Shown: piece after piece, positions 10,950 to 25,160 of the stretch | Position numbering within the stretch: position 1 is the stretch's first letter | Layout of the letters: each line of letters begins with the position of its first letter | Source: Octopus bimaculoides | Taxonomy: Eukaryota | Assembly (NCBI RefSeq): GCF_001194135.2 | Contig: NC_068987.1 | Coordinates: 105,629,346 to 105,693,345, forward strand | DNA length: 64,000 nucleotides | Reading direction: 5' to 3' | Position numbers and translations under genes: made by a program | The notes under the pieces: generated by a model | The model's database searches: none | Seen by the model: only the letters and a program-made list of their open reading frames with translations | What the model was told of the DNA's origin: nothing

Positions 10950-11003
<54 letters not shown>

Positions 11004-12453
11004 GTTTTGTCCTGTATACAGACATATAAATACCTACAAATTTCCATATAAATATTGATGCAGAGAATAGATGATTATGCCAATAATTTACGTATATACG
11101 AATAAATGTGAATATTTGTATGTATACAAACATCAAGTCATACATACATATATATGTCCATAAATATACACATATGTATGTTATGATACGTAAATGTATT
11201 TGAAAGAGACATATATTCATGCATATAAATATATAGTCACAAATAATCAATGTACACATCAAGAGATAATTATTCCGATAAATTGACTGATTGATTAATG
11301 CATTCATACATCCACACATACAACCTTACACAGACATACATACGTAAATACATACATACATACATACGTAAATACATACATACATACGTAAATACATACA
11401 TACATACATACGTAAATACATACATACATACATACTTACATCTTCATCGATGTATAGGAAAATCCTGCTAGATGTATCGATGTGTTTTGTCAACATTATA
11501 CCTTGTAACATTTCCTTTCTATCCTGGTTGTCTATACATGAAAACGCATATATATGCATACAAGCACACTTATTTCTGTACACACACACACATTCATATA
11601 TATATATATATGCATAGCGGAAAACATATACATATGTAGAAAACATTCACGTGTATATATTTATGTTCGAGAATATATTTCTGCATGTATATATTTGTGA
11701 ATATATTTCACGTCTATATTTGTGTGTGTGTGTTTGTGACAAAAGGATTACTTGAGGCTTATCTGAGTGTCTGTATGTATATGTTGTGTATGTGATTGTG
11801 AATTCTCTTCGGATAATATGTTGCGAACTTGGCCTTAGTATAAATTTATATATGTATATGAGTTTTTGAGGGCCTTAAGGTGCCGGCATGAGTTGACTTA
11901 ATGGTTATTTGTATATGAATGAATGGCCATTTGTAATGTGTACAACTGAAATTTGAAAGGATATGTAGATAATCACGTACCAATTTGTATAGATACCAAC
12001 GTATTATATCGTCATTATTTAGACGGCTCAATCTTTACTAATCTCTATAACCAACGACTAAACCAAATAAAGATCGTTTCCACTGCGTGGTATCTTAAAA
12101 TGTTATACTCTACCGTAGCATTGGGTTAATTCAGAAAATGTGAGTGAATTTAGGTAGACGGAAACTTCATAGAAACCTGTCCGCTGGATTGTATCTGAAA
12201 TTCAAAGACATAACCTTGCCATACTGATTCCGTAGGGAATTACGTTAAGCGTACACGTGTGGTGAAAATCTTTCAAAACAAGCGTTATATTAAAAATTCG
12301 ATTATTTCGAAAATTCTCATCATGGATAGCTCTTAGTTTGGATTCAAATCTAGCAGTACATGCTCTTCTATCCTGGAACACTAATGCAGTTATGGAACTA
12401 CCATAAATTCGACTTTATTATCATATTATTTACTTAGGACCACTATATTTTTA

Positions 12454-12511
<58 letters not shown>

Positions 12512-13204
12512 NNNNNNNNNNNNNNNNNNNNNNNNNNNNNNNNNNNNNNNNNNNNNNNNNNNNNNNNNNNNNNNNNNNNNNNNNNNNNNNNNNNNNNNNN
12601 NNNNNNNNNNNNNNNNNNNNNNNNNNNNNNNNNNNNNNNNNNNNNNNNNNNNNNNNNNNNNNNNNNNNNNNNNNNNNNNNNNNNNNNNNNNNNNNNNNNN
12701 NNNNNNNNNNNNNNNNNNNNNNNNNNNNNNNNNNNNNNNNNNNNNNNNNNNNNNNNNNNNNNNNNNNNNNNNNNNNNNNNNNNNNNNNNNNNNNNNNNNN
12801 NNNNNNNNNNNNNNNNNNNNNNNNNNNNNNNNNNNNNNNNNNNNNNNNNNNNNNNNNNNNNNNNNNNNNNNNNNNNNNNNNNNNNNNNNNNNNNNNNNNN
12901 NNNNNNNNNNNNNNNNNNNNNNNNNNNNNNNNNNNNNNNNNNNNNNNNNNNNNNNNNNNNNNNNNNNNNNNNNNNNNNNNNNNNNNNNNNNNNNNNNNNN
13001 NNNNNNNNNNNNNNNNNNNNNNNNNNNNNNNNNNNNNNNNNNNNNNNNNNNNNNNNNNNNNNNNNNNNNNNNNNNNNNNNNNNNNNNNNNNNNNNNNNNN
13101 NNNNNNNNNNNNNNNNNNNNNNNNNNNNNNNNNNNNNNNNNNNNNNNNNNNNNNNNNNNNNNNNNNNNNNNNNNNNNNNNNNNNNNNNNNNNNNNNNNNN
13201 NNNN

Positions 13205-13242
<38 letters not shown>

Positions 13243-14229
13243 GTAAAATGTAATGCAAATGGATAATTGGATACTTAGCGTTAAATAGCCAGTGTGAAAT
13301 AACATAAGATATTTAATAAGCACAACGTCAAAGTCATGTTTATGTGAGCAGAGAACGTCTGTAGTATAATTCTGGGCAAACAAAACAGTGCCAGGGTAAA
13401 TCTGATCATTTGATTACAAATGTGTTTAGATAATAGTGAATAAAGATGAGTTATACCAGTATGTATGATAGTACTTTCATAAACCGTTTTCATAACCATA
13501 CGCCCAATAACAGGAATAAGGTGAAAAATGAAATGTTACGACTTTACTGAATCAAGTTTGGAGACAAAAGGGTGTATAAAGGAACAGCTTAAATATTGAT
13601 TTTTAACAATCAAATGCATCACACCATACATAAACGGAACGAAGGCATTGTAAATAATGTAATGCTGAGAAATAATAAATATTCACTGAGCAATCCGATA
13701 ACTCTAAATAAAGTAATGTAATGTATATAAAACAAAATAAAAGAGACTCCTCCACTTGAATAAGTTCTACATCATAAATTATAAAAATGAAACCCAATTG
13801 TTCTATCAGACATAAATAAGCATCTCCTCTTCCGTAGACAGTCAGTGTTACAGAAACACAAAATCTCTTCTTCACTCTAAGCATAAGAAATATCGCTTAA
13901 AATTATTTAAAATGCTGAAGATCACTAGTTTGATGGAAACTTTGAGAATTTGCAAAATCAAAACAAATAAGTAAATTTTCTGTACAAATATGCGCAGACA
14001 TGCACGTACACACACGTGCTTGCACACTCACACACATGGTCACGCACGCACGCACACACACATGGTCACGCACGCGCGCACACACACATGGTCACGCACG
14101 CACGCACACACACACTGCATATCAGATATATTTCAAGAAAGAATGCTTTTCGAAATGTGTGCAGCAGAAATATAAAATGCGATAGATAAGTCGAATCTAT
14201 AGCAGAAGGAGAGAAAGAAACAAGCATAT

Positions 14230-14294
14230 AGATAGAGGAGAGTGAGCGAAAGAGGGTGGGAGAGAGAGCGAGAGAGAGAGAGAGAGAGAGAGGA

Positions 14295-14355
<61 letters not shown>

Positions 14356-14793
14356 GGGAGAGAAGCAGGGAAGTAGAGACGTGAAATGATGGTGAATGAT
14401 AAGCTTATAATTAGTTAAACAACGGAATGAATAGCTATAGCTACTAATTAGCAAGAATATGTGACGATGTTGCTGCTGCTAATTATGATGATGGCAGTGA
14501 TGATGATGATGATGTCGGCGACAACAACAATGATGTGGATGATGATAATGAGTAGTAGAATGTGATTAAGCGGATGATGGACATGGTGCGGTGCTCATGA
14601 TGATGAGACCACCGACATTGGTGATAAAGATGATGAAAGCTTAATCCTAAACCGTTAAATTCCTACCATTCATCATCATCATCATCATCGTCGTCATCAT
14701 CATCACCGTCATCACGTGCGCAGCCGACATCATTACTATCTTCATAATAGCGAAAATAACAACAGCAGTAGCTGGCTACCACAACACGGCATT

Positions 14794-14828
<35 letters not shown>

Positions 14829-14851
14829 CAACAAAAATAACAACAATAATG

Positions 14852-14913
<62 letters not shown>

Positions 14914-15110
14914 AACAACAACAACAATAATGATAATAATAATAGTAACAAAAACAACAACAATAATGATGATGATGATGATAATAATAATAATACTAAT
15001 TTCTTTATTATTAATTATAAAAATAATATCGCAGTCGTACTTGATTGGCAAGTGACTTGATGATTATAATAATGTTATTCATATTGTTTATATTATTACT
15101 ATAATGGGTA

Positions 15111-15171
<61 letters not shown>

Positions 15172-15760
15172 TAATAATAATGATAATAATGATAATAATA
15201 ATAACAAAAATAATAGCAACATCAACAATAATAATGATAATAATAATAATTACAATCATTATCATCCACGTTGTTATTATTATCATTGTAATGGTGTTCT
15301 AGTTATGGGTGGTGGTGGTAGTGGTGTTGGTGGGTTTTTAAATGTAGTTTTTATGCTATTATATTGATTTCTCTTTCTATTTCGGCATTCAGCATCTTAA
15401 TTAATTTTCTACTTATCACTTTGATTTACGTTTTTTTTCTTCATATTTTTTGAAATACCTCCTACTCCCCTTCCTCGTTCTTCTCATTATCCTCCTTCAC
15501 TTTCTCCTCCTGCTCATCACCATCACCATCGTCATCATCGACATCGTCGTCGTCATCATCATCATTTACACCACCACCACCAACAACAATAACAAAAGCA
15601 AGAAGAAGAAGAAGATCAACAACAACAACAGCAACACCAGCTTCACAACCACCTTCATCATCGTCAACGTCATCATCAACATGATCAACGCCATCGTCGT
15701 GTATAGAGTTATAATGATAGAAGTATTAGTAGCTGTGGTAGTTGATGTTGTTTAGGTTGT
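14230..15760. repeat. (GA)n followed by long compound trinucleotide tracts (GAT/CAT/AAT/AAC/AAG)n
   Basis: Directly visible; explains the poly-N/I/L ORFs. Confidence 0.92.
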
Positions 15761-17852
15761 TGCTGTTGTTGTAATTATAATTTCAATTGACGTTATCTTT
15801 ATTATTAATTACTATTCATAGGCACCATCATAGTCTGGTAGCTTAAGCTCTCCATCTACCATTGAAACAACATGATATAAGTTCCCAGTTCGAAATGGTT
15901 CGTTCCTTTACGCCAATGGTTCTATGGAATATTGACGGAAACAAAGCGATTCCTCTGTATAACTTCGATTCATTTGTTAAATTCGTATTATTTACGTCAT
16001 TAAGCCTTTTTACAAATTACTCTCCTTCGATTGAATGACTAAGGGATCTTTTATGCATGAGTGCTTTTCCCTTAATTATTCATTTGGTCTTAGTCATTCA
16101 TCCTTAATATTTCTGAAGACGAGAAGATTAGAATGTGGAAACGTAGTAGCAGGATGAAACACTTTCTGTGCAACCCCACTTTAGTTTCTCAAATCATTTC
16201 TGATACAGAATACTGTACACCTAATTGAATGGTGCTAGGCCTTAGTGAGCGATCTTGAGCATGATGGTCCCAAGCAGACTGGTCTAAATCGCACTATTTG
16301 AAGCGCCACGTTCTGAGCGACTTTACCTTGACCACTTCCACTGCAGCTACAACCAATGCAAACCTTCGGACATAGACACGACAAACGATAAAGAGCCATA
16401 TATGGAAACTATCACGCTACTTTCCATAAGATTCACCAAAATACGTTCAAATGTGCAGAAATGTTGTATCTGTGATTTAAACCGAGTCGTTTTGACCGAA
16501 TAGTTACATAACACATGACTATTAGATGTTGGCTGACCTGGCGCGATACAGCAGCTTGGGAATAGGATTTTTATCATTCTTATCAAATCATTTCACTGTT
16601 CTATTAATGACCGTTCTGTAGGCCCGCAGCAATACATTTTCTATTGCTTAGTAAGGATTTAGTAGCCAGCAAGCAATTCGATCGATAATACATAGGGATT
16701 TCATATTGAAAGTTAACTTCTTAATGACGATACCCAGTAAGTGGGAAACGTATTCTGAGTTGTCTCACATAGTTATAATATCCTTCAAATAATATATTTT
16801 TTCTTAATCCACACGGAATCTTATTTCAGCATTTTTATGTTCCAAGATATAAAAATGGTTTCAGGTACTTGAATATTTTTCATGAGGTTAACATATCAGA
16901 ATACTTAATATTTATATAATTATTTTTCTTTAACCAACAAAGATTTTCTGTTAAGGAAGCTGTAAGATTTTGCACAAAGACTCTGCTTTGAGTGCGCTAC
17001 ATCTGTTGCTGATAACGTGATTTGGGTTTCCTAGTCATTCATTAATTGATTTGACGCTCTGTACTCGCCGAACGCTTTACCATATATATATATATATATA
17101 TCAGCATAAACATACATATATATATATANNNNNNNNNNNNNNNNNNNNNNNNNNNNNNNNNNNNNNNNNNNNNNNNNNNNNNNNNNNNNNNNNNNNNNNN
17201 NNNNNNNNNNNNNNNNNNNNNNNNNNNNNNNNNNNNNNNNNNNNNNNNNNNNNNNNNNNNNNNNNNNNNNNNNNNNNNNNNNNNNNNNNNNNNNNNNNNN
17301 NNNNNNNNNNNNNNNNNNNNNNNNNNNNNNNNNNNNNNNNNNNNNNNNNNNNNNNNNNNNNNNNNNNNNNNNNNNNNNNNNNNNNNNNNNNNNNNNNNNN
17401 NNNNNNNNNNNNNNNNNNNNNNNNNNNNNNNNNNNNNNNNNNNNNNNNNNNNNNNNNNNNNNNNNNNNNNNNNNNNNNNNNNNNNNNNNNNNNNNNNNNN
17501 NNNNNNNNNNNNNNNNNNNNNNNNNNNNNNNNNNNNNNNNNNNNNNNNNNNNNNNNNNNNNNNNNNNNNNNNNNNNNNNNNNNNNNNNNNNNNNNNNNNN
17601 NNNNNNNNNNNNNNNNNNNNNNNNNNNNNNNNNNNNNNNNNNNNNNNNNNNNNNNNNNNNNNNNNNNNNNNNNNNNNNNNNNNNNNNNNNNNNNNNNNNN
17701 NNNNNNNNNNNNNNNNNNNNNNNNNNNNNNNNNNNNNNNNNNNNNNNNNNNNNNNNNNNNNNNNNNNNNNNNNNNNNNNNNNNNNNNNNNNNNNNNNNNN
17801 NNNNNNNNNNNNNNNNNNNNNNNNNNNNNNNNNNNNNNNNNNNNNNNNNNNN

Positions 17853-17886
<34 letters not shown>

Positions 17887-17899
17887 AGGAGGAAACTCT

Positions 17900-18564
17900 G
17901 AAAATATCATATGCCCTTCCGTCGGGCGACTCCCTAGTGTCGTCCAACAATACCAGAGACCTTGGAGTAATTGTTGAATACAGTCTAAGCTGCAGTTCCC
18001 ACGTAAACAGCAAGGTTGACTTGGCCCGCAGGATGTGCTCCTGGATTCTGAGAACTTTCCGGTTTAGAGATGCCTACATCATCATCCTTCGCTACTCTAC
18101 TTTTGTCCGACCCCACCTTGAATACTGTTGTCCACTGTGGTCTCCCCATACGAAGCAACTTATTATGAAAGTAGAAGCACTCCAGAGGTCAATAACAAGA
18201 AAGATAGACGGCACGGGAGGCATTGATTATTGGGGTCGACTAAAAAAACTCAATCTCTACTCTCTCCAACATCGCTGGGAGCGCTACATCATTTCTGTGA
18301 TATGGAAAATATTCCATCAATATTACACAAATGATGTTGGCATCAATTTTAAAATCCATCCAAGACTTGGCCCCCCCGTACTATCCGCCCACTACAAAAA
18401 TCGAGCTCAGTACGCATAGTGGATGTAGGTATTTTCAAATCAAAACTGGACTAGTTCCTGTCGAGAGTCCCAGATGAACCTACCTCGCGGCAAGAAGTAG
18501 AGTCTTAGCTCTTGCAACCTTTCCCAGTAGCTGAGTTGTTGCAATGAGACAATCTTCTTTGTGA
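17900..18564 (+). mobile_element. CR1/L2-group LINE, RT C-terminal fragment
   Basis: TRDLGVIV; ILRTF; STFVRPHLEYCCPLWSP; KVEALQRSITRKI; RLKKLNLYSLQHRWER. Runs into a gap. Confidence 0.88.
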
Positions 18565-19225
18565 NNNNNNNNNNNNNNNNNNNNNNNNNNNNNNNNNNNN
18601 NNNNNNNNNNNNNNNNNNNNNNNNNNNNNNNNNNNNNNNNNNNNNNNNNNNNNNNNNNNNNNNNNNNNNNNNNNNNNNNNNNNNNNNNNNNNNNNNNNNN
18701 NNNNNNNNNNNNNNNNNNNNNNNNNNNNNNNNNNNNNNNNNNNNNNNNNNNNNNNNNNNNNNNNNNNNNNNNNNNNNNNNNNNNNNNNNNNNNNNNNNNN
18801 NNNNNNNNNNNNNNNNNNNNNNNNNNNNNNNNNNNNNNNNNNNNNNNNNNNNNNNNNNNNNNNNNNNNNNNNNNNNNNNNNNNNNNNNNNNNNNNNNNNN
18901 NNNNNNNNNNNNNNNNNNNNNNNNNNNNNNNNNNNNNNNNNNNNNNNNNNNNNNNNNNNNNNNNNNNNNNNNNNNNNNNNNNNNNNNNNNNNNNNNNNNN
19001 NNNNNNNNATATATATGTATTTATTCGGATACGTGTCTATACATAAATCTGTCCGATACATACATATACCCAGATACGACAATATATAAAATATTAGTGT
19101 ATATAAAGAAATTTACAGGTTTGACATATATAGTCCTTCAAACATACGCACACTTACAAAGCACACATCACGACAGAAATAAAAACGCTAACGCATACAC
19201 ACCAATGATCGCGCGCATGCACACA

Positions 19226-19298
<73 letters not shown>

Positions 19299-19861
19299 AG
19301 AGACAGACACACAGAGACAGACACACTGACTCTCATGATTATGTAACATCACAGTCAATTAAACTTAGAGTGAGCTAAATAGGATTTGAACAGGTTAAAA
19401 GCTAAAAACGTCAAAACTATCGCTCTGAGAGAAGACCATTTCTAGTCCAATTATTCTAATAGCACTGTTACTGAAGAAGATGGTGCATGTGAAATGAAGA
19501 AGGCTACAAAAGTGGAGACAGCCTTTATTTTATGATAGCGGTGTATCTAGAGATTGGGTAAGCATCACAAAAATATCAGAATATAAACTTGAATAGATGA
19601 TTTTATAATATTGTGATACATACATACGTACATACATACATCACAGTATATTTGAGGAAACACATTTTGCACGCATGCCTATGAGAGGGCTATAGAGCAA
19701 GTGAGAGAGAGAAAGAAAGATAGAGGAAACGAGGAGGGTGGAAGGCAGAGAGGGAGAGTGGTAGAGGCTGACATGCATGCATATACGTGTATACATACAT
19801 TTATATAGACATACACAAGTACACAAATATATATTAATATGCACACACATAGAAATATACA

Positions 19862-19917
<56 letters not shown>

Positions 19918-20196
19918 AGGACATTAATGTGATCAATAAGGATCAATACAATTTTAATTAAGTAACTAAACAAGTACTATTTTCGTTATAGATAAGAGTA
20001 TGTGTGTTTTTACGTGTTTGTATGTGAGTAGTAATGGCTGTGTTTGCAGCCATATTTGAACAAATCTCTAACAAACTCTCTAGCAGGGTGTGTGCTTGTA
20101 TGTGTGTATATATTTATGTATGTATGTATGCATGCATATAAGTACGTATGCATGTGTCTATGCTTGTATACATACACATATAAATATACACACATA

Positions 20197-20228
<32 letters not shown>

Positions 20229-20420
20229 NNNNNNNNNNNNNNNNNNNNNNNNNNNNNNNNNNNNNNNNNNNNNNNNNNNNNNNNNNNNNNNNNNNNNNNN
20301 NNNNNNNNNNNNNNNNNNNNNNNNNNNNNNNNNNNNNNNNNNNNNNNNNNNNNNNNNNNNNNNNNNNNNNNNNNNNNNNNNNNNNNNNNNNNNNNNNNNN
20401 NNNNNNNNNNNNNNNNNNNN

Positions 20421-20469
<49 letters not shown>

Positions 20470-21276
20470 GAGACATTCATATACATGAATATATGCATAT
20501 ATATTTACGACTATACACTCAACACCCACACAACCACACACATATATCGGTATTTTTGCTTGTGTGAATCTGGGTGCGCGTGTGTGAATGTATGTTTTGC
20601 TGTATGTTTTAACAAAATACATGTACAACATTTTGTTTTTACATAATTCAATGAATGGCAGTGAAAGCAGTAGGAGAGCAGTAAATAAATTAATGAAAAG
20701 AAAAGAAAAAAGAAACAAAAACAAAAACAAAACAGCAATAACAAATAATAAAATAAAAACGAATTTGTTTATTTTACCAGCATTGTTTTTGTATTGTTTA
20801 AATAGTAAAACGGACGCCATTAGATATTAGTGCGTATCAGTTTATGATATTATGTATAGGAATATACGCTATACGTATATGAATATATGAGTACATGAAT
20901 ATATGCGAGAATATGTCTGTTAGTGAGGTGTGACTCTTCCCGGCATGACTTTCGTCTCACAATTCATCAATGTTCATTATTTATCAGATAGTGGAACAGT
21001 TTTCGATAATTGTTTAGAAAGTTTCGTGTATTTATATGAGTGAGTTTGCCAGTGGTTTATATGTGTCTATATGTGTACGTTTGTATATATGAATTAGTGT
21101 ATGCATGTATGTTTATGTTTGTCTCTCTCTCTATATGACTATATGTACGCATTTATGTATGCATATGTATGTATGTGTGTACGTACATATACATGTATGC
21201 ATGTATGTATGGCAGTATGTACGCGTGTGTGTTTACCTATACGTGAATGTATATATGCCTTGTATATATCTCGATG

Positions 21277-21307
<31 letters not shown>

Positions 21308-21649
21308 AACATGAATTAATTGATACACATACCACAGTTACATATTTATGCAAATACATACCCCCCACATATTTATGATATTATATTGCATATACAAAAT
21401 AGAAGAGTTTCGCATAAAAATGCCTTGCAATATAATTTCAGACGCTTTACTTCCTGAGTTCCCATACCACCGAGGTCAACTTCGTATTCTTTCTGTCCGG
21501 TATCGATAATTTTAAGTCTCAGCCAAGTGTTGCAATTCCTTATTATCGACTTTCTCTCTCCTTGAAACTGCAAGCCTTCTTGTATATCAGAGATTATAGA
21601 GTGTCCTCTATATCCTTCCTTTGTTCATAACATAGGGTGTTATTCTAGG

Positions 21650-22250
21650 CAAACGTTGCTGGCATTTTTAGCAAGTTTAAGTGTCAAGTAGATCTCTCGT
21701 TTTCGTTAGTTTGCAATGCCTCTTATGGAAGTGTTGTAAGATAGACGTATAGTAATTGTTAAATAATCTATTATGTTGCTGAGTTGTGGTAAGCTTGTAG
21801 AAAGCCGCGTTCACAATGTGGTTTTTGATATTCAGTTGATCAATTTTACTTAACAAGCTCCTGTGTATATTTCCTTTGAGATAGCTGACGTATCTCCCTT
21901 TAATTTATTGCAATATGGTACTAGAGATATCGCATAGACAATACGCTGTCATGGAGAAATGGTTGATAATCCGATTCATGGTTTCATATTTTATTTTATC
22001 ATGGTAAAACATATCAGATTTAAACCAGCAATAGTATATTGTTTCTATTATTTCTTTGTTAGAAACTGTACTGTACAATCAGCTAGTCAAGTTGGCGACT
22101 ATACTTCTGTTATCGAAATATTTCAAAGAATAGTAGAGTTCTCACTCTTTAAATTTCCAAAGATACAATGTTATAACCCCGATGCAATTTTATTTTTATA
22201 TCGACACTAAATAAGTTTTATGCCTATTCATATATCATAAACATAAGAGT
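21650..22250 (-). mobile_element. Possible highly decayed LINE RT N-terminal region
   Basis: Minus-strand YAISLVPYCNK (cf. YRPISL) followed by RGFLQAYHNS (cf. GFRxxHST); many stops. Confidence 0.3.
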
Positions 22251-22329
22251 AACTTGTTTTTTTAGATTTTTGTGTGCACAAGTAATAAAGATATTTGGAC
22301 TTAGACATTGTCAAGTGATTAAGATGTTC

Positions 22330-22590
22330 GCTTAACACTTAACTGTCGTGAATCCTCAATGCATGGTGACTTAAACTTGTATCTTCTTAGACGTAGACAC
22401 CCTGCCAACTTTCTAGGAAAATCCAGGGTGTGAGAGCTGAAGGGGAAGAGGACTGTACTAGCAGTCGGCTGTTTCTTATTACAATTGAGTTGATCGAAGA
22501 AACGTTAAATGAAGGTGCCTTGCACATGGACACAACGCACCCCTGGTCCACGTCCATATGACCTGGAGCCAAACACTCTAACCTCTAAGC
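22330..22590 (-). mobile_element. Degenerate SINE (family C-like head at the right end)
   Basis: GGACACAACGCACCC...CACTCTAACCTCTAAGCTATGC parallels ACACAACGCGTCACC...CCCTAACCACTAAGCCACGC at 29515-29592. Confidence 0.5.
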
Positions 22591-23266
22591 TATGCAATTC
22601 TACTTAATGAAAGGTGCCTATATTTCAAAGTAGCTTTTGCAAACACAGTGTTATGCTTAGCCTGCTTGAATGTAACCTTAATGAAGCAAGTATTAGAGTA
22701 AACCTCATACACTTACAAGATAATACAAGGAGAATGTAGGTCCATTGATCCAATAGCTAAACAGTAATATTCACCGTTGAAGTCGAGGCGAGAGACACAA
22801 ATATGGATACATTATAAATAGAAAGTGAAATTGTGTTCAACTGCTCGCTGTTTAACGTTTATTAAATTCCTATGATAATTGTTACATTAAGAATGAACGT
22901 TAGATATTGGACACCAACTAACTTAAAATGACAAATAATGTAATGTGAGTGAAATCGATATATTACCTACAAACGTACTATCGCCGATAGAGGAAGACAG
23001 AATGTTTTTTGTTAGATGCATTCATAAACAAAAATCCCGTTGTGTCTTAGAGTTGAAAAATGGTCAGTCTTTTAATCAAAGGGTTACTATCTGTGACAGT
23101 TCAACGTCAATAAAGGGTACTTCTGATAAAGCAGACCTATGTTCAAAAACATTGCATTTCTCTCCAGTCTTTGTTTTCAGATAAAGTGAATTTTGGATCA
23201 AATTCTCCAAAGTATCCATTCTTAAAAAGCAGAATGGTCACGGTTGGATTACAGTTGACCATAGTT

Positions 23267-23411
23267 CATCCTCCTCCTCTACCTCTTGATCCTACTCCTC
23301 CTCCTCCTCCTCCTCCTCTACCTCTTGATCATCCTCCTCCTCTACCTCTTGATCATCCTCCTCCTCTACCTCTTGATCATCCCCCTCCTCTAATTCTTGA
23401 TCATCCTCCTC
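23267..23411. repeat. 24-bp minisatellite CATCCTCCTCCTCTACCTCTTGAT (~5-6 units)
   Basis: Directly visible; reads HPPPLPLD (+) or DQEVEEED (-). Confidence 0.9.
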
Positions 23412-23721
23412 ATCACGTTCATCAAAATAAGATCTCATTTCCTTGCTTCTGTTCGATCTCAGTAAGACCGAACATATATCATACTAAAGCTTCATATCGA
23501 CCAGTGAACCTAATGTGTGAAATCTGGAAGATGGAAATCTCGAAAAAGAAAGATCGTTCCAGTTCTCAGGTTGTAGATTTAATCTACCACCAGGTTTAAT
23601 GCTAACGCATGACCCCTGAGTGTTTTTAGTGAAGACCACTCGCTTGATATAATTAAGGCCAGGGTTTCGGTTAACCTCTTCCCTTCCTTCTAAAACTCTC
23701 GGACACGGACCTTCATCTTCT

Positions 23722-24221
23722 GACTAATGCGACCCCAGAAAAGGTCTCAGAAAATGCGGAAGTGACCATACTGTAGGATATGCTTATACATACAGATAGA
23801 AAAAATCCAGGTTAAAAGACCGGATATAGTTGAAAAATGCCTTCTAATCTATGTATCAACACCAACAGATGGCAATGCATCTCTAAAAGAAACGAAGAAA
23901 CTTTCAAAATACAAAGATCTGGAAATAGAGGTAACTCGAATGCTCGAATGTGGAGCCTAAAAACAGAAACAGTTCGTATAACAGTAGGTGCATTAGGTAT
24001 GATAAAAAAACATTCAGACAAATACATAACCAAAATACCAGAACTTACAAATGTTTATAACATACAGAAAATAGCATTACTGGACACCATACACATCCTA
24101 CGCAAAGAGCTTTCAGTACAGTGAAACTAAGAGCATCACAAAAAACCACAACACATACCAAAGGCACACAGACCTGCGCTGTGTAGTGCAGTGAAAACAC
24201 GTGATAAAAATAAGACTATTG
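23722..24221 (+). mobile_element. R4/Dong-clade LINE 3' fragment (RLE domain and 3' UTR) with AAT tail
   Basis: TPEKVSENAEVTIL*DMLIHTD; KRPDIV; KYKDLEIEVTR; VGALGMIKK; IQKIALLDTIHILRK. AAT tail at 24222-24239. Confidence 0.9.
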
Positions 24222-24239
24222 AATAATAACTATAATAAT

Positions 24240-24466
24240 GATTTCTTTTATTGGTCACAAAGGTCCAAAACATGGAGTACAATATCGAAGGACAAGTTAC
24301 AGCACGCAAAAAGCAAAACAAAAACGAAAAACAAAAACCAGGTGGAGTTTACATCGATCAGAGGGAGATACCACCACATTAAAGGATATAACAGAGGATA
24401 TATAATAGCAATTAGAGAAACAAATAGATAATTAGAATCCCCAGTAGTGGGGTAGTTCACTTTCGG

Positions 24467-24467
<1 letters not shown>
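24240..24467 (-). mobile_element. Tx1/L1-type LINE 3'-terminal fragment
   Basis: Homologous to 26035-26250. Minus-strand end reads CCTTTGTGACCAATAAAAGAAATC-(ATT)n. Confidence 0.75.
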
Positions 24468-24536
<69 letters not shown>

Positions 24537-24550
24537 GTGATAATAATAAT

Positions 24551-24763
24551 CCTTTCTACTACAGGCACAAAGCCTATAATTTGTGGAGAGGGGATTAGTC
24601 GATTACATCACCTCAGTGTTTCACTGGAACTTAATTTATCGACTCCGAAAGTATGAAAGGCAAAGTCGATCTCGGTGGAATTTGAACTCAGGAAATAGCG
24701 TCAGGCGACATACCACTAAGCATTTCGTCCAGCGTGCTAGTGATTCTGCAAGCACGCCGTCTT
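24551..24763 (-). mobile_element. SINE family A, full length, between (AAT)n arrays
   Basis: Minus strand: head GACGGCGTGCTTGCAGAATC, B-box GAGTTCAAATTCC, tail GCTTTGTGCCTGTAGTAGAAAGG-(ATT)n. Confidence 0.85.
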
Positions 24764-24788
24764 AATAATGATGATGATGATGATGATG

Positions 24789-24838
<50 letters not shown>

Positions 24839-24850
24839 TATAGTAATGTA

Positions 24851-25060
24851 TTCTACTAAAGGCACAAAGCCTGGTATTTGTGAGGAGGGGACTAGTGGAT
24901 TACATCGATCCCGGTGTTTCACTGGTACTTAGTTTATCGACCCCGAAAGATGAAAGGCATAGTCGACCTCGGCGGAATTTGAACTCAGAACGTAGCGACG
25001 GACGAAATACCGCTAAGCATTTTGTCCGGCGTGCTAACGATTCTACCAGCTCACCGCCTT
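24851..25060 (-). mobile_element. SINE family A, second tandem full-length copy, between (AAT/GAT)n arrays
   Basis: Minus strand: AAGGCGGTGAGCTGGTAGAATCG...GAGTTCAAATTCC...GCTTTGTGCCTTTAGTAGAA. Confidence 0.88.
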
Positions 25061-25090
25061 AATAATGTTGATGATGATGATGATGATGAC

Positions 25091-25125
<35 letters not shown>

Positions 25126-25160
25126 TAATAATAATAATAATATTAATAATAATGATAATA

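Noticed and set aside
13914-16150. CTGAAGA...GAAAC pairs at ~13915 and ~16093
   Set aside because: Stems I and II do not pair; expected chance matches.
16340-16460. Possible minus-strand exon ending AAG|GTAAAG
   Set aside because: Poor acceptor and no recognisable peptide in any frame.
10368-20820. Long ORFs (up to 323 aa) in the ORF track
   Set aside because: They consist of N-gaps and dinucleotide repeats (X, YI, VC runs); not genes.
24468-25160. Repeat-spacer-repeat pattern superficially like a CRISPR array
   Set aside because: The units are (AAT)n microsatellites separating near-identical SINE copies; eukaryotic context and no cas genes.
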